64,000 bases of DNA from the human T2T-CHM13v2.0 reference genome, Homo sapiens, in the NCBI RefSeq assembly GCF_009914755.1, contig NC_060930.1; one strand, 5' to 3'. Within the stretch, counting starts at the first letter, position 1. Every line of letters starts with the position of its first letter. This document shows positions 29,552 to 44,575 of this stretch, piece by piece. The translations under genes and the position numbers were made by a program. The notes under the pieces were generated by a model. That model ran no database searches and was not told where the DNA came from. It worked only from the letters and a program-made list of their open reading frames with translations.

Positions 29552-29815
29552 TTCTTTCTAGAGGTGATAATGATATCAGTCCTGACTCCAACGTAGATCT
29601 GGAATGATTAAGAGAGTGTGTGTGTGTGTCTGTGTGTATTCTTTCTAGAGGTGATAATGATATCAGTCCTGACTTCAACATAGGTTTGGAATGATTAAGA
29701 GTGTCTGTGCATGTGTATCTGTGTGTCTATGTGTGTGTCTGTGTGTGTTTGTGTGTCTGTGTGTGTGTTTGTGTGTCGTGTTTGTGTATCGTGTGAGTGA
29801 GTGTGTGTCTGTGTG
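29552..29815 (+). repeat. 87-bp tandem duplication running into a TG-rich tract
   Basis: ttctttctagaggtgataatgatatcagtcctgact at 29552 and 29639. Confidence 0.95.
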
Positions 29816-29829
29816 GGCACTCACATATA

Positions 29830-30400
29830 CGCCTGTTGCCACCACCTGGCCTGGGCCACCGCTGGCCTGGGCAATTGCACCTGCTTCTACCCTTGTACCC
29901 CTATAGTCTATTCTCATCACAGCCAGAGGGATCTTTTAAAACAAGGCAACCGAGGCCCCACACTGGTGCAAACCTTTGCATCTCACCCAGCATAAAAGCC
30001 AAGGCTACTAGGCAGGTCCAGAAGCCCTGCACCATGTGGTCCCTGGTCCCTCCCCAATACTGGCCACACCAGCCTCTGTGCTATTTCCCAATGCCAGCCT
30101 TTCCGGAGTCAGGGCCTTTGCACTTGCTGTTCTCTTGGCCTGGAAAGCTCTTCCTGACATGTCTACATGGTTCACTCCTTCTCTTTGTTCAGCTCTCTGC
30201 TCCTCTCCCCAGAGAGGCCTCCCAGTACCACCCCATTTAGATCACCAGCTTCTCCTCTGGTCACCACAGCACTGGTGGCCACCTGCCATATCATTCTTTC
30301 CCATCTTGCCACCCTGGAAAGTCAGCTCCATGAGCAGGAAGGTTGTCTCTTTGGGGCATGGCTGAATCCCCAGCGCCTGGTTCGGTGCTGGCTTGGTGAA
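29830..30400 (+). mobile_element. L2 fragment
   Basis: cagggcctttgcacttgctgtt...gctccatgagcagg...cccagcgcctgg. Confidence 0.65.
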
Positions 30401-31284
30401 TATTACCCAGAGGGTTCTGGGATTCTGCTTCCAGGAAAGATTAAAAGAAGTAAGAAGCGGGGCAGACAAGAAAGTGGGGAATCAGAGCAGGGCAGGCCAG
30501 GGTGGGAGCAGGCCATGTGGAAGCAAGGTCTTTCCTCCTTCAAAGGAGTCAGCAAAGGTGGGCCAGGGCTGAGGACAGGACTAGAGGGTGACTGGGGACA
30601 GGGTGATACCTACTGAGTCCCGGGGAGAGACCCAGGCCTGTCCCCAAGCCTCCCTACAGCTGTCCTGCTGCTGCTAGTGGCACACAAACGTTCTTTCAAG
30701 GCTCCTTCGGAATGCAAAGACACCACAGCGCGGGCGTCCTTGGCACCTCCCCTTAGTTTAGGAGAGGATGAGAAACCTTCCAATTGCTACACAATAGGGG
30801 CCAGTTAAGTAAAATGGAGTCTGTCAATAGAGTGGAAAATTAGGCAGGCATTTAGCAGGCTGAGATGAGAATTCTGTCGATACTTGGAGCTGTGTGTGAA
30901 ATGTTGTTATGAGAGCCAAGGAGGCCTCATCAGAAGCACAAGTGGGTTCTCTCTTCCCACCTGCATCTATGGAGCCCCTGCTGCGTGTTCAACATCCTTC
31001 TGGGCCCCAGGGCACTGAGACCTGGCTGCCCAGCTCCTCCTGCCTGGTGGGGCACACACAGCTGGGCCGGGGATAGATGTGCACACCTGCACCAAACTGC
31101 AATAGGGTGTCTATCTATAGGAGACAGGAGGTCCTATGTCAGATCCTGGCCCTGCCTCTTTATGGCTAGGAGCCTGGGCAAGCCCCTGAGGCCATGGGAG
31201 GGAGGATTTCTTTCTCCCTCGGTTGCTGTGGGAATCACCAAGCACTGAGGTCAGAGCCTGGAGGGATTCTGTAGGTCTTCCTTC

Positions 31285-31353
31285 CATCATCATCATCATT
31301 GTCATCGTCGTCATCATCATCATCATCATCGTCGTCATCGTCATCATCATCAT
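31285..31353. repeat. Interrupted (CAT)n/(CGT) trinucleotide repeat
   Basis: Direct inspection. Confidence 0.95.
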
Positions 31354-31565
31354 CCAAGGACATAGAGGCTAGTGGTTAAGAACACGAGCTCTGGAGTCAG
31401 ACTGCCTGCGTCCTCGTCTTGGTTCTACCATTTAACAGCGCTAGGTTTCAGTTTCCCAAAGTGTACATGAGGGTAACAGGCACCTAGCTCACAGCACCCA
31501 GGAATGCATTAGCTCACCCTGGTGAGGAGCTGAGTATTAGCCTGTGCAGACTAAGTGCTCACTGA

Positions 31566-32521
<956 letters not shown>

Positions 32522-34570
32522 CTAGCTGTCAGGGCTGGACATACGTCAGGACTGTTATAAATGCTTACAAAGGTTATTTTAGTGCATAAAAATTATTTTT
32601 GTGCAGTCTAAAAGTCAGACAGACATTTGAGTAGCTTGTGGAGAGCTTGTACACGGCTGTCATGTGAGTCTGAATTCGTCTTTCTTGGCATCTAACAGCT
32701 TACCGTGGCCTCGAGAGTTTGAGGAGAGGGGAAGTTCAGGTGAGAAGAGAGAGGGCGGGGCAGACTGGGTGGTCTGGGGGACATCAGAGATGGGAGATAG
32801 GCAGGACCCTGCCTAAGAGGTTCTGTGAACTCTGCCCTCCCCTCGCCCCCTGCTGCAGTCCCTAAAGTTGGAAACTCCTTGGGCAGTGGCCTGGTGATGA
32901 TACTGTGATTGGCTGTGACTCTGTCAGTCCAGGCTTGGGGCAAGAGGCAGTATTGAGATGAAAGAGGGTGTGGAGTCTGCTTGCCCTCCTTCCTGAGTAG
33001 CATTGAGCTGGGACCCTAGAGCTTGACCTTCTGGGGGTGGGATGGGGCAGCCCTGGGGGAAAGGCTCCCAGCCTGCCCCCTCCCTGCTATGCCCTGCTTC
33101 CATCCCATACCAGGGTGTGAAACTTGGGTTCCAGGTAGAGGTCAGGAGACCTGGGTGGAGCCAAGTCTCTGAGCCTAATGTGTTGGTGATGTTGAACAGG
33201 TCACTGAATGCCTCAGATGGCCCATTTGCACAGCTGTGCAACGGGGCAGCCCTTCGCAGGAGGAGCTGCAGAGGGGGAGGGCTGGGCCACGCACAGGCAC
33301 GAACATGAGGAAGGGCTCTCTATCCCTTTCCCCCTCCTTTTCTATGTCTGGGCTTAGATTTGCCTTTGAGGAGGTAACCTGGGTGGGACGGAGAAAGAAT
33401 CCTCTAGAGAGGAAGGAAGGAAAGAAAGTTTCCCATCCCCACTCCTACCTGACTTGGGGTCCATTTCCTTTAGCAACTGCCAGCTTCACCTCATGAGGAA
33501 CCACCCTTCCAGCTCCAATGGAAAGCTCCAAGGATCCAAACACACCAAAAGGAGAGGATCTTGGGACCACTTTTAGGACCCTCCCCACATGGTGCGGGTT
33601 CACAAGGCCTGGAACCTCTGGCTGCAAACTCCATCGTGTGTGCTTTCCTACAGCCCCCCCCCACCTCCTTCCCCCGGTCCCACTGTGGGCATCCACTGGC
33701 CCCAGTCTTCACATGTGCTGTGAACCAGGCTGACCCTGCCTCAGCCACACCAGCTGTGCCATCCTGGGCAAACAGCCCCCTCCCAGCCCAGCTCCCCAGC
33801 TGCCTGTCACACAGGGGTACCGAAAAATCCTGTGACCATCTGTACAAAAGCACTCTAGCCTTGGTCAGGTGGAAGGGATCCATTCAGCACAGTTATTGCA
33901 TGCCTGCTGCATACATAGCGTTTTGTGCAGTCCCTTGAAAATATGTTGAAATCTACCCAATTTATAAGCACATATACATTGGTTCTTTGATTTCCTAACT
34001 AGGAATTTACCCTACAAGCTGACTTTCTGTCTTTGATTGGATTCCCTGGAAACAATCTCTGAGGCAGAGATTTGCATACAGGAGGTTTACTGGGGAATGT
34101 TCTTGGGAACAACACCTGCAGGGGAGTGAGGGAGGCAGGATGAGCAGAGGGAGAGGTTTCTGCAATGCAGATCCCACAGGAGCTCCAGGTGGGGACAGCC
34201 CTGCAGGGACATCCCAAACTCAGGCAAGGGCCCCTTCTAGACCCCTCAGTGGATGTCTATGCCCCAGGGAGGGACATGGCCCTGATTAAGAGTCAGTGAA
34301 GGGCAGTTCCTGAAGAGGTTTGCAGCTGTGAGCTTTCAGCAGCTAACGCCCTGCTCCTAGGAGTTGGGGGAATGAGAGTTCTGGTTCTTAAGGGAGTCTG
34401 AGCAGGGCATCGTAACATTCACTCCACTCGCCTCCAGGAGAAAGGACATAGGCGTAAGGGTGTTTGCTGTAGCGTTTTTAAAATGAAAACGTTGGGCAAT
34501 CTAATGTCCATCATTAGGGATCTAGTTGAAAAAATGATGGTACATTCATACAATGGAGTCTACGCAGTCA

Positions 34571-34891
<321 letters not shown>

Positions 34892-35221
34892 TTAGAGGGT
34901 GCTGATGGGGAAAAATCCTACAGACACAGTCTGATGTGATAAAAGTAGAATGTAGAAAGTATAAAGAGAATGCTAGCATTTGCATAAAGTGGGGCTGAGA
35001 ACATCATGTAAACATTTTTGCGTGTGGATAAAATATCTCTGGTAGGATTCATAAAACACTGGTAACAGTGGTTGTTTTCAGGTTGGGGAACTATGTGGTT
35101 AGGGGTCAGCAGAGAGGGAGATTTCACTTCTATATACTCTTTCATATCTTCTAATATTGAAACATACAATGGTATTACCTATTCAAATAAAGTATGTTAC
35201 CTAATTAAATACATTAAGCTA

Positions 35222-35599
<378 letters not shown>

Positions 35600-35878
35600 T
35601 TAAGAACCCAGGCACCAGGAAGAGTAGGGTATTTTGGAGGCCAGTGGAGGCCCAGGAGTAGATCTTCTTTTTGCCCAGAACAGGTAGGTAGGTCCGTGGG
35701 CCCAGGGAGAAGAGGCAATGAGCAGCTGTCTTTGAATCTGTGAAGGGAAAGATGTCTGCTGTGAAGAGTCTGACAAAAACGAGCCCCTCACTGGCTGTAT
35801 GACCTTGGGCAAGGTCAACTAGTCTCTCTGAGCCTTGGTCACCTCACCTGTGAAGTGTGAAATGTGGGGATGGGGAGG

Positions 35879-36025
35879 CATCTCCCCTTGGACTAGAAGC
35901 TCCCTGAAGGCAGGCTCTGTGCCTCCATCCTCACACTGGGGGCTCCCTGCCATTCTCTCTTACATTCAGTCCGCAGGAGTTGAGTGGATCTAAATGCACT
36001 GGGAGCATAAAACTGTCCTGCTGCT
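35879..36025 (+). repeat. Copy 1 of ~146-bp dispersed direct duplication
   Basis: About 90% identical to 40807-40951. Confidence 0.93.
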
Positions 36026-37582
36026 CCGGGGATGCTATGCACACTATGAAATGGCAAACAGCAATGAAAAGCCACCTGCTATATGTACTGACAGATACAG
36101 GGATAGGTATTAAAAACAGAGTGTTGAAGAGGAAAAACAGAAAAAGAATGAAGGTCCATAGCACAATATCATTGATGGAAATTATAAACACGTCTTCCCT
36201 CAAACCAACACAACACATTTAACAAGGATAGGCAGACGTATTCAAGGACACCTATCAAGTACATCGGAATGTGTGCTGGTGTCAGGGAGAGAGTGAGAGT
36301 GGTAGCTAGCAAGGAAGAAGGGGAAAGAAATTAAGATAGAGGGAGGCTTGCACAGGCACTTGAAAGTACAACTTGAGCTGAGGGGAAGATGTTCTCACAC
36401 CTTGGCCCCAGAGGCCCCCTCTCCAGATGATGGCCACTTTCCAGGGGTGTTTTGAGGGCTCCACGAGAGGATGTGTAAGGAATGTCTGAACACAGAGTGG
36501 GAACTTAAGTGAATAGTTTAAACACCAGAATCTTTACCTGGGTGTTTTCTCATGTTGCTCTTCATTCTTTTTAACTTCGACATAAACAACACACACCAAT
36601 GACCTAGCATCAGCACCAGGAAAGCAAAAATGACCACAGCGAGTTAGTAGTAGAGCCAGAGTTTATCCCAGGTCTGCCCTACTCCAAAAACAACACTCTT
36701 TTTGACCATATCGCAACATGCCCCTCAACCCTTTGACCAGGGAGAAACCTGAGGCTCGGAGGGTGAGTGATGCACCTGAAGGCACACAGATGACGGAGGC
36801 CTGGGTGTGAAGGGACTTCAGTCTGGCTGGAGAGACTGGGCATGCTCCTATGCAAGGAACTGACACGGAAGCATGGCATGAGATCTGTTTTCTCTCCAGT
36901 TCCTTTGAGGATGTCCTCTTTTTGTTGATGTTCTGCACAGTGAATTTCTCTTAATAGCCAAGGCCTATCTTCAGGATACAAGTTAGGACCTACTGGGCCC
37001 TGAACCCATGAAATTCAGGCGGCCTCACTAGGTGGTCTAGATGAGCCTTGTTAACGTATCCTGCTTTTCATGGTGCTTCCTGTCTCTATGAGTCCACATG
37101 TTTCATCAAAATTGGAAAATTTCCAGCCATTTTCAATTATTTCATTTTCTCCATCCTCACTCGTCTTCCGAGACTCTAGCTTCCATTTCTCTTAACCCCT
37201 TTTTCATACTGCATTTCCTTGACTTGCTGTGCTGTAATCAAAGTCTCCAATAATTCTTCAGGTACGTTGAATCCCCGTTTGACCCATCTGTTGACTTGAT
37301 TTTTATTACCAGGTATATTCAGTTCTTTAAAAATCTTCCTCGTTATTTTTGAGAGTCTTTTGTTGCATGATCATCTTTGCCATTCCATCTTTTGTTTCTT
37401 TAAATGTTTTATGCATGATTATTTTGTAATCACTGTCTGATAACCCTAGTATCTGAACTCCTTGGGAATTGAAATCTGGCGTTTATGATTTCTGCTGGCT
37501 CTCACTTCTGGTGGCTCATTTTCTTTTTTCTTTTTTTTTTAAGGTTTAATTGACTTTTAATTGTCTTATCTCCTCATTCCAT

Positions 37583-38243
37583 TTCTTTTCTTTTTTTAAA
37601 TTATACTTCAAGTTCTGAGATACATGTGCAGAACGTGCAGGTTTGTTAACAGGTATACATGTGTCATGGTGGTTTGCTGCACCCATCATCCCATCATCTA
37701 CATTAGGTATTTCTCCTAATGTTATCCTTCCCCTAGCACCCCCATTCCCTGACAGGCCCCGGTGTGTGATGTTACCCTCCCTGTGTCCATGTGTTCTCAT
37801 TGTTCAACTCCCACTTACGAGTGAGAACATGTGGTGTTTGGTTTTCTGTTCTTGTGTCAGTTTGCTGAGAATGATGGTTTCCAGCTTCATCCATGTCCCT
37901 GCAAAGGACATGAACTCATTCTTTTTTATGTCTGCATAGTATTCCGTGGTGTGTACGTGCCACATTTTCTTAATCCAGTCTATCATTGATGGGCATTTGG
38001 GTTGGTTACAAGTCCTTGCTATTGTGAGTAGTGCTGCAGTAAACATACATGTGCATGTGTCTTTAAGGTAGAATGATTTATAATCCTTTGGGTATATACC
38101 TAGTAAGGGGATTGCTGGGTCAAGTGGTATTTCTAGTTCTAGATCCTTGAGGAATCACCACACTGTCTTCCACAATGGTTGAACTAATTTACACTCCCAC
38201 CAACAGTGTAAAAGCATTCCTATTTCTCCACATCCTCTCCAGA
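37583..38243 (-). mobile_element. 5'-truncated L1PA (PA7/8-like) 3' end
   Basis: L1PA 3'UTR plus ORF2 C-terminal remnant (WNQPKCPS-like...KLETIILSKL in ORF 37804..38046). Confidence 0.95.
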
Positions 38244-39994
38244 ATTTGGTGAACTTTGATAGTGAATTTGTTTCACTTAATCCTCACCTGTGGGAATCTT
38301 GGGGAACTAAATTGAAATGTTTTCCTCCAGAGATGATTTGCAATAGCTTTTGCTGGAAGCCAGGGTACACCAGCCACTTGAGTTCCTGCCTTAGAACAGG
38401 AGTCTCAGGTCAGTTTCCTTGCCTTCCCTACAGTTAGCCTCACGTAGAGCCCATGTCAGCATTTTCCTTCAAGGCAGCCTTGAAGATTTCCCTGACTTCT
38501 CCCAAGCCCCATGTCATTCAATATGGTTTATGAAGGATTTGGTGTTTTATAGAGAGAGGGCTTTCGGAGTGTCTAGCCCATCGTGTCCATCATGTGATAT
38601 ATCCAGGTGAGAGGTCCTGGCCCGAGTGCTACAGGAGTTCAGAGCAGGACAGTGAGTTACCAAGGGCTGGGCTGCGGAGCATGATGGGGTCAGGGTTGTT
38701 AAATGAGCAAACTCGCAGACCCACTCCTGGGAGTCTGAGCCAATAGGTCTCACACCCCCTCCTCCCCCACCACCTGCCGTGCGTTTTATGTGATTATGAT
38801 GCCAATGGTGCAAGTCCGCTTGGAGAAACTCTGGACTATGGCAATCAAAGCAGGCTTCATGGAGGAAGCTGGATTTGCTGAGTCTTAAATGAGCTCAGCT
38901 GAAAAAGGCAAAGACAAGGATATGGAATAGACAGCCCAGTTCGTCCAGAATGTGAAGTCCTGTCAGTGCAGGGAAGTAGGGAGGGCCCAGGTTGGGGAGG
39001 TTCCAAAATCTCAGACCCAGGATTTGGGGCTTCATCCTCGGTGATCTTGGGAGCCATTGAAAGCCCTTGGGGAAGGGAACGCAGTGACAAGGGCCAAGTG
39101 GGATTTTAGGAAACTCAACCAGGCAGCAGGGAGCTGAATGAATTGTCTTCCTATAGTTACTCACTTACAATTGAGAATAATTAACAACATCACACTGTTA
39201 TTTTAATAGAGTTGTGTTTTTCAGAAAGAGGACAGTGACTACCTAATGCTCAGTATTCTGGACTGTCAGCTCCTGGGGCCTGGGGGAGGGGACTGAGCAG
39301 GTGAATTGACTGCCCTCCACAAGCCCCAGGACCCACCTGGTGGGGCTGCTTGAATTTTGGAGGTATGGGGCCCAGTGGGTCTTAAATGGTTTCCTGAGGA
39401 TGGGCCTTGGCTATTAAGAGGAGCCTGTGTGTTAAGGCCTGTGCTTCTGCCTGAGACTGTGCGATCCCAGAGGGCAGGCAGTGTCACGTTACCCTGACAG
39501 GAGATACTGGATGCTGTCACCATAGTAAGGTACATGATCACAATTAAACTGTTGTGATAGCCCATTCTGCTTAGGGGATGATTTACAACCTAACAGCTGC
39601 TTTCACTGACAGCATCACATTTAACCCACAATAGTCCCAGGTGCTGGCCTCTCTTCTCCCTGTGATGGATGAGGTGCCTGAGACTCAGAGAGGCTCAGGG
39701 CAAGTCCGGGTCACACAGTGAATCAGAAACAGAGCTAGGAAGTGTACCCAGGCCTCCTGACGGCAGCCTAGAAGTCTGGCCATTGTGCTGCTGATGGTGG
39801 AGGAAATGGGGAGGGGGCTTCTCAGTTGGGGTGCTGTTGATGAGGACTACAGCCTTCAGGGAAGTGGGGAAGGTTCTGTTTTCCTGAACACCTGGGCAGG
39901 GGTTCTTGCTAGATCCTGTCTGTTCTCAAGAACTGCACTTCCAAAGCTTCCTCAAGAAGCTTTGAAAGGTGATCTCCCCTCCCCCAAACCCCAT

Positions 39995-40363
39995 TGTATA
40001 AGTCCATTTTCACACCGCTATAAAGAACTTTCCTGAGACTAGGTAATTTATAAAGGAAGAAATTTAATTGACTCACAGTTCTGTATGGTTGGGGAGGCCT
40101 TAGGAAACTTACAGTGGCAGAAGGCAAAGGGGAAGCAGGCACCTTTCTTCACAAGGCGGTAGGAGAGAGACAGAAAGAGTGAAGGGGAAGAGCCCCTTAT
40201 AAAACCATCATCTCTCATGAGAACTCACTCACTATCATAAGAAAAAAGTGTGGGGGAAACTGCCCCCATGATCCAGTCATCTCTCACGGGGTCCCTCCCT
40301 CAACACATGGGGATTACAATTTGAGATGAGATTAAGATGGGGACACAGGGCCAAACCATATCA
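39995..40363 (-). mobile_element. MST (MaLR) solo LTR
   Basis: tgtat...ccaaaccatatca termini; TSD cccat/cccac. Confidence 0.9.
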
Positions 40364-40679
40364 CCCACCAATGCTGCATCACACCTGAGCCTCAGGGGTA
40401 AGTGTCCAAACAATGTGGGGATGGGGAGGAAGATCCTTCCCTGTACCAAACCCCACCTACACTGGTGCCCTCACTTCTCGTGGGTAGGAGGAGGTCCTTC
40501 CTGCTATCTGCTTCCAGTTCTCCTGCTATTTCAGTCCATTACCAGCAAAAGCAAAAAATCAAAGTTTTTTACATGCCACAATAATCTCCACAGACTTTCA
40601 GTCTGGAATCAGAGAGCTTTCATATCCTAACCTCTTCTGCCCCTACCTCGTGCGGAACTGCCAGCCAGCCAAAGTGAGA

Positions 40680-40876
40680 GCTCCCCTCAGACCAGGCGTG
40701 ATCTGAGAACAGGAGCTTTGCCTCCTCCCTCAGACAGGTGACTCCCTGAGAGTAGGGGCTCTGCCTCTCTCTCTAAATCAGTGACTCCCTGAGGGCAGGG
40801 GTAGTTCATCTCCCCTTGGACTAGAAGCTCCCTGAAGGCAGGCTTTGTGCCTCCATCCACAGACTGGGGCTCCCTG
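40680..40876 (+). repeat. Degenerate ~40-bp tandem array (L2 3'-like unit)
   Basis: Recurrent ctccctcagac...ctccctgagggcagg. Confidence 0.75.
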
Positions 40877-40951
40877 CCATTCTCTCCTACATTCAGCCCA
40901 CAGGAGTTAGTAGATCTGAATGCACTTGGAGCAGAAAACTGTTCTGCCGCT
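40807..40951 (+). repeat. Copy 2 of dispersed direct duplication
   Basis: About 90% identical to 35879-36025. Confidence 0.93.
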
Positions 40952-41559
40952 GTCCCTTGCTCCTGGGGCCTGGGCTCCTTGGCCTTTCTTCTTATCTAAG
41001 CTTTAGACTCTGATGGGGGCAGCTGGGCCAAGAGTGAGCAGGGGGAGATTGCTTCTCATCTACAAGGGGGCTGCCAAGTGACTTAACTATGGAGGTGTGT
41101 GTGTGAACACAAGAGCCCTCCCTCTCGCCTGTAGCAGGTGGGCTGAGCCTGGGATGACATGGGGCTGTGGGAGCTGAGAGGCCATCTCTAGGCTACTTCA
41201 TCCTCCCCTTCTTCCTGGCCAGGTGCCCTAGACATGGTGTCTTGGTGCAGAGAGAGCTTTCTGCCCTGTTCTGGAGGTAGGGAAGGGCTCCCCAGCCCAG
41301 GCGGCTCTCCCACCACTGGGCCTGCCCCTGCCCCAGCAGCATGTGCTTGTCTGCAGTCTCAGCTCAAGCATCCAGCGGGGGCTCCCAGCTTGTCTCCCTT
41401 GGTGTGGGCAGCTATCCAAGAGGAATGTAGTGCCCATCCAGGGCTGTGCAGGGTGGGTCAGAGCAAGGCCTGCATTCTAATCCTCTGCATCCCGGAGTCC
41501 ATCCATTTGCCTCCCTTGGCCCCTGAGCTTGAAGCAATGGATAAGAGCCTTTCTCCTCA

Positions 41560-41700
41560 AAGTGGGGCTCACCAACCAGCTGTGTCGACATCACCCGGGG
41601 CTGGCTAGAGATGCAGAATTTCAGGTCTTACTCACTGGGTAAGAATCTGCATTTTAACAAAATCCCAGGAAATTCATGTGCACATTCAAGTAGGCAAAGC
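41560..41700. mobile_element. MER5A-like
   Basis: gaatctgcattttaacaaaatcccagg. Confidence 0.7.
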
Positions 41701-42855
41701 CCTGGATTCCACTGTCCTGAGGTCTCTCTCACCTCTGCTGTTAGAAGGTTCCGGAAGCTGGCTTCAGGGATTATAATGAAAAAGCCCCCCATATTTCTTC
41801 ATCTGGCCTCAGACAATCCTCATTTTGCTGGGGAGAGTGCCCTAAGTTGGAAGCAGCAGCAGTCTGAGCTCAGAGACAGGCCTGATTCTGGATAGCGGGG
41901 AGATTCCCCAGTCCAAAATGTTCCCAAGATAGGTGGGCTGCCAGGCAGCGGCTGTGTCTTCCAGCTCCTGCAGCTCCCTCCTTCCCACATGCTCACTGGC
42001 TGCTTGGCTCTGAGGCAGCTTCCCCCACCACCCAGTCCTGACTCAGCTCCCACTTCACAGCCTAGCACCAGCAGACAGGCAGAGAAGGTGGCCAGAGACC
42101 CAGGTGGCCTGAGAAGTTGTCCATGATCTGGGCCAGCCTAGGATGACCCGGCCTCCCTGTGGCAGCAGGAGGCTGAAATGAGTGCATGCGTGTGTGTGTG
42201 GAGGGGGGGCGGGGGTCACGTGTGTGTAGGGGGACATTGCCCTCCTGGGGGAGAGGCCACAGTCCCCATTCCAGCAGGCCTATCAGCATCATTACCAGCA
42301 GCTGTGGCTTCTCCTCTCCTCAAACCACCAAGCCAGCTCTTTACCGCCCTGTCCCCTGCTCATTCCAGGAGACCAGGCTCTGGAAGAAGTCTGTGGACTC
42401 AGAGGTTCCCCTGGGGAAAGGACACAAGAAGAGGGCACCTTCATTTGTGCTCTCCATCACCCCTCCAGGCCACTTCTATCCCCTGCCCCCATTATGTTTG
42501 CCTGCCCTTCCCAAGGACCCATGGGAACCAGTGACGTAGGCAGTGAGGCAGATGCCTTAGCAGGAGCAGACCAAAGACCATGTCCCAGGAGCAAAGGGAA
42601 GGAAGGCAGGACCCTTCCCTAGATCCCCATGAGACCCTCCATCCCCCTTCACTAACTCCTGCAATAACCACATGTTGAGTTCCTACTGTGTGTGCCCAAC
42701 CTACTATTGGACACCTCAAATATGTAAGACAGGGCTGCAGCCATCTGGGAGACAGGATGACTGAAGAAGAAAGCTAAACATCGATGCAAGAGCACTGGAA
42801 ACAACCTAAATATACATAAATTGTGTGATATTTACATAAAGTGTGATACGTCCAT

Positions 42856-43382
42856 GTTCTAGTTATCTATTGCCGTGAAATAAACCACCTCAAAACATAA
42901 TGGCTTAATACAACAATTATTTATTTTTCCCATGTAGCTGCAATTTGGGCAGGGCTCAGCAAGGCAGCCCTGTGCTCTCTGTGGCATCAGTTGGGACAGC
43001 TTGATTTGGGCTGGATGAGTCACTTAAGGGCAAGTCTCTTACATGGCTGGCAAGTTGGTACTGGCTGGACTGGGGGCTCAGCTGGGGCCGTGGACCAGGG
43101 GTCTCTGCTCCTCTCCACAGGACCCTCCTCATGACTGCGTGGGCTTCCTCACTGCATGGTGGTTGGGTTCCAAATACAGGTATTCCAAGAGGACAAGGCA
43201 GGATTTTTTTTTTAACCTAGCTTCTGGATCACATGGTGTTTAGTAGTCAAGATAGTCACAAAGGTCAGCCCAGGGGAGGGGAAACAGAACTTGCTTATTG
43301 ATGGAGAATGGCAAGTTTCTAGAGGAGCTTGTGAGATGGGAGGTTCTGTTGCAGTCATCTCTGGAAAATACAATCTGCCACA
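42856..43382 (-). mobile_element. MaLR solo LTR (MLT1F/H-like)
   Basis: agttatctattgc...aaatacaatctgccaca. Confidence 0.75.
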
Positions 43383-44164
43383 GTTCATAATATGAAACAC
43401 CATGCAATCATGAAGAGATTTTAATGTATCTTATCAAATGAAAAAAAGACCAAGTCATGAAACATTTATGAAAAAGAGAAGCGCACGTGCATATTTATGA
43501 GAAAAAATGCCAGAAGGATAATACCCAAATGCTAGCAGTAGTTTTCTGTGATTTTTACTTTGTTTTTGTACTCTTATGCATTATCAAACTTTTTTTGGTA
43601 ATGGATCATTTTTCTAAATTGGTTAAAGAAACAATACAAACTATATCTATATTAAAAAACAAATAACACTAAGGACCCAATTAGGAAATGAACAGTAGGA
43701 AAGAGGTGAAGGGGGTCCTCAGCAGAAGGAGATGAGCTTCTTGAATGCTGAACTTCTTGAAGCCTTTGAAATTCTGATGGGCACTGGGATTTACAAGACA
43801 GGATTCAGGGTTAAAACTTTTTCCACTCTTGTTTGACCAGGAAACAGTGAGAGCAGTGTGTGTGCACATGTACATTTGAGGTGTGCGCATGTGTAGAATG
43901 TGTATCACTGTGTGCACAGGTGTGTGTGCTTTCGATACATGTGTATTTGTGCATACGGTGTGTGTGCTCACTTACCCAGGTGTTGTGTATTGCTGTGCGT
44001 GTATGTTTGGCATTGCAGGGGACCTGTGATAGGCTCGCGCACACTTTGGGTCATGTTGGTCCAGAGAGAAAAGCTCTTGAGCTCTGCAGAGAAAGAGGCC
44101 CTTTTCCTCACCTGTGTGCCCCTTTCCTTCTATTAAGATTTCTGCCTCTTCTTTACCCTCCTAG

Positions 44165-44575
<411 letters not shown>

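Noticed and set aside
31111-31353. Poly-Met ORF
   Set aside because: Translation of the (CAT)n microsatellite.
33226-33241. 16-bp perfect palindrome ttgcacagctgtgcaa with a central E-box
   Set aside because: About one such palindrome is expected by chance in 64 kb, and there is no other support.
37804-38046. ORF with clear protein similarity
   Set aside because: C-terminal remnant of L1 ORF2p in a 5'-truncated L1PA, not a host gene.
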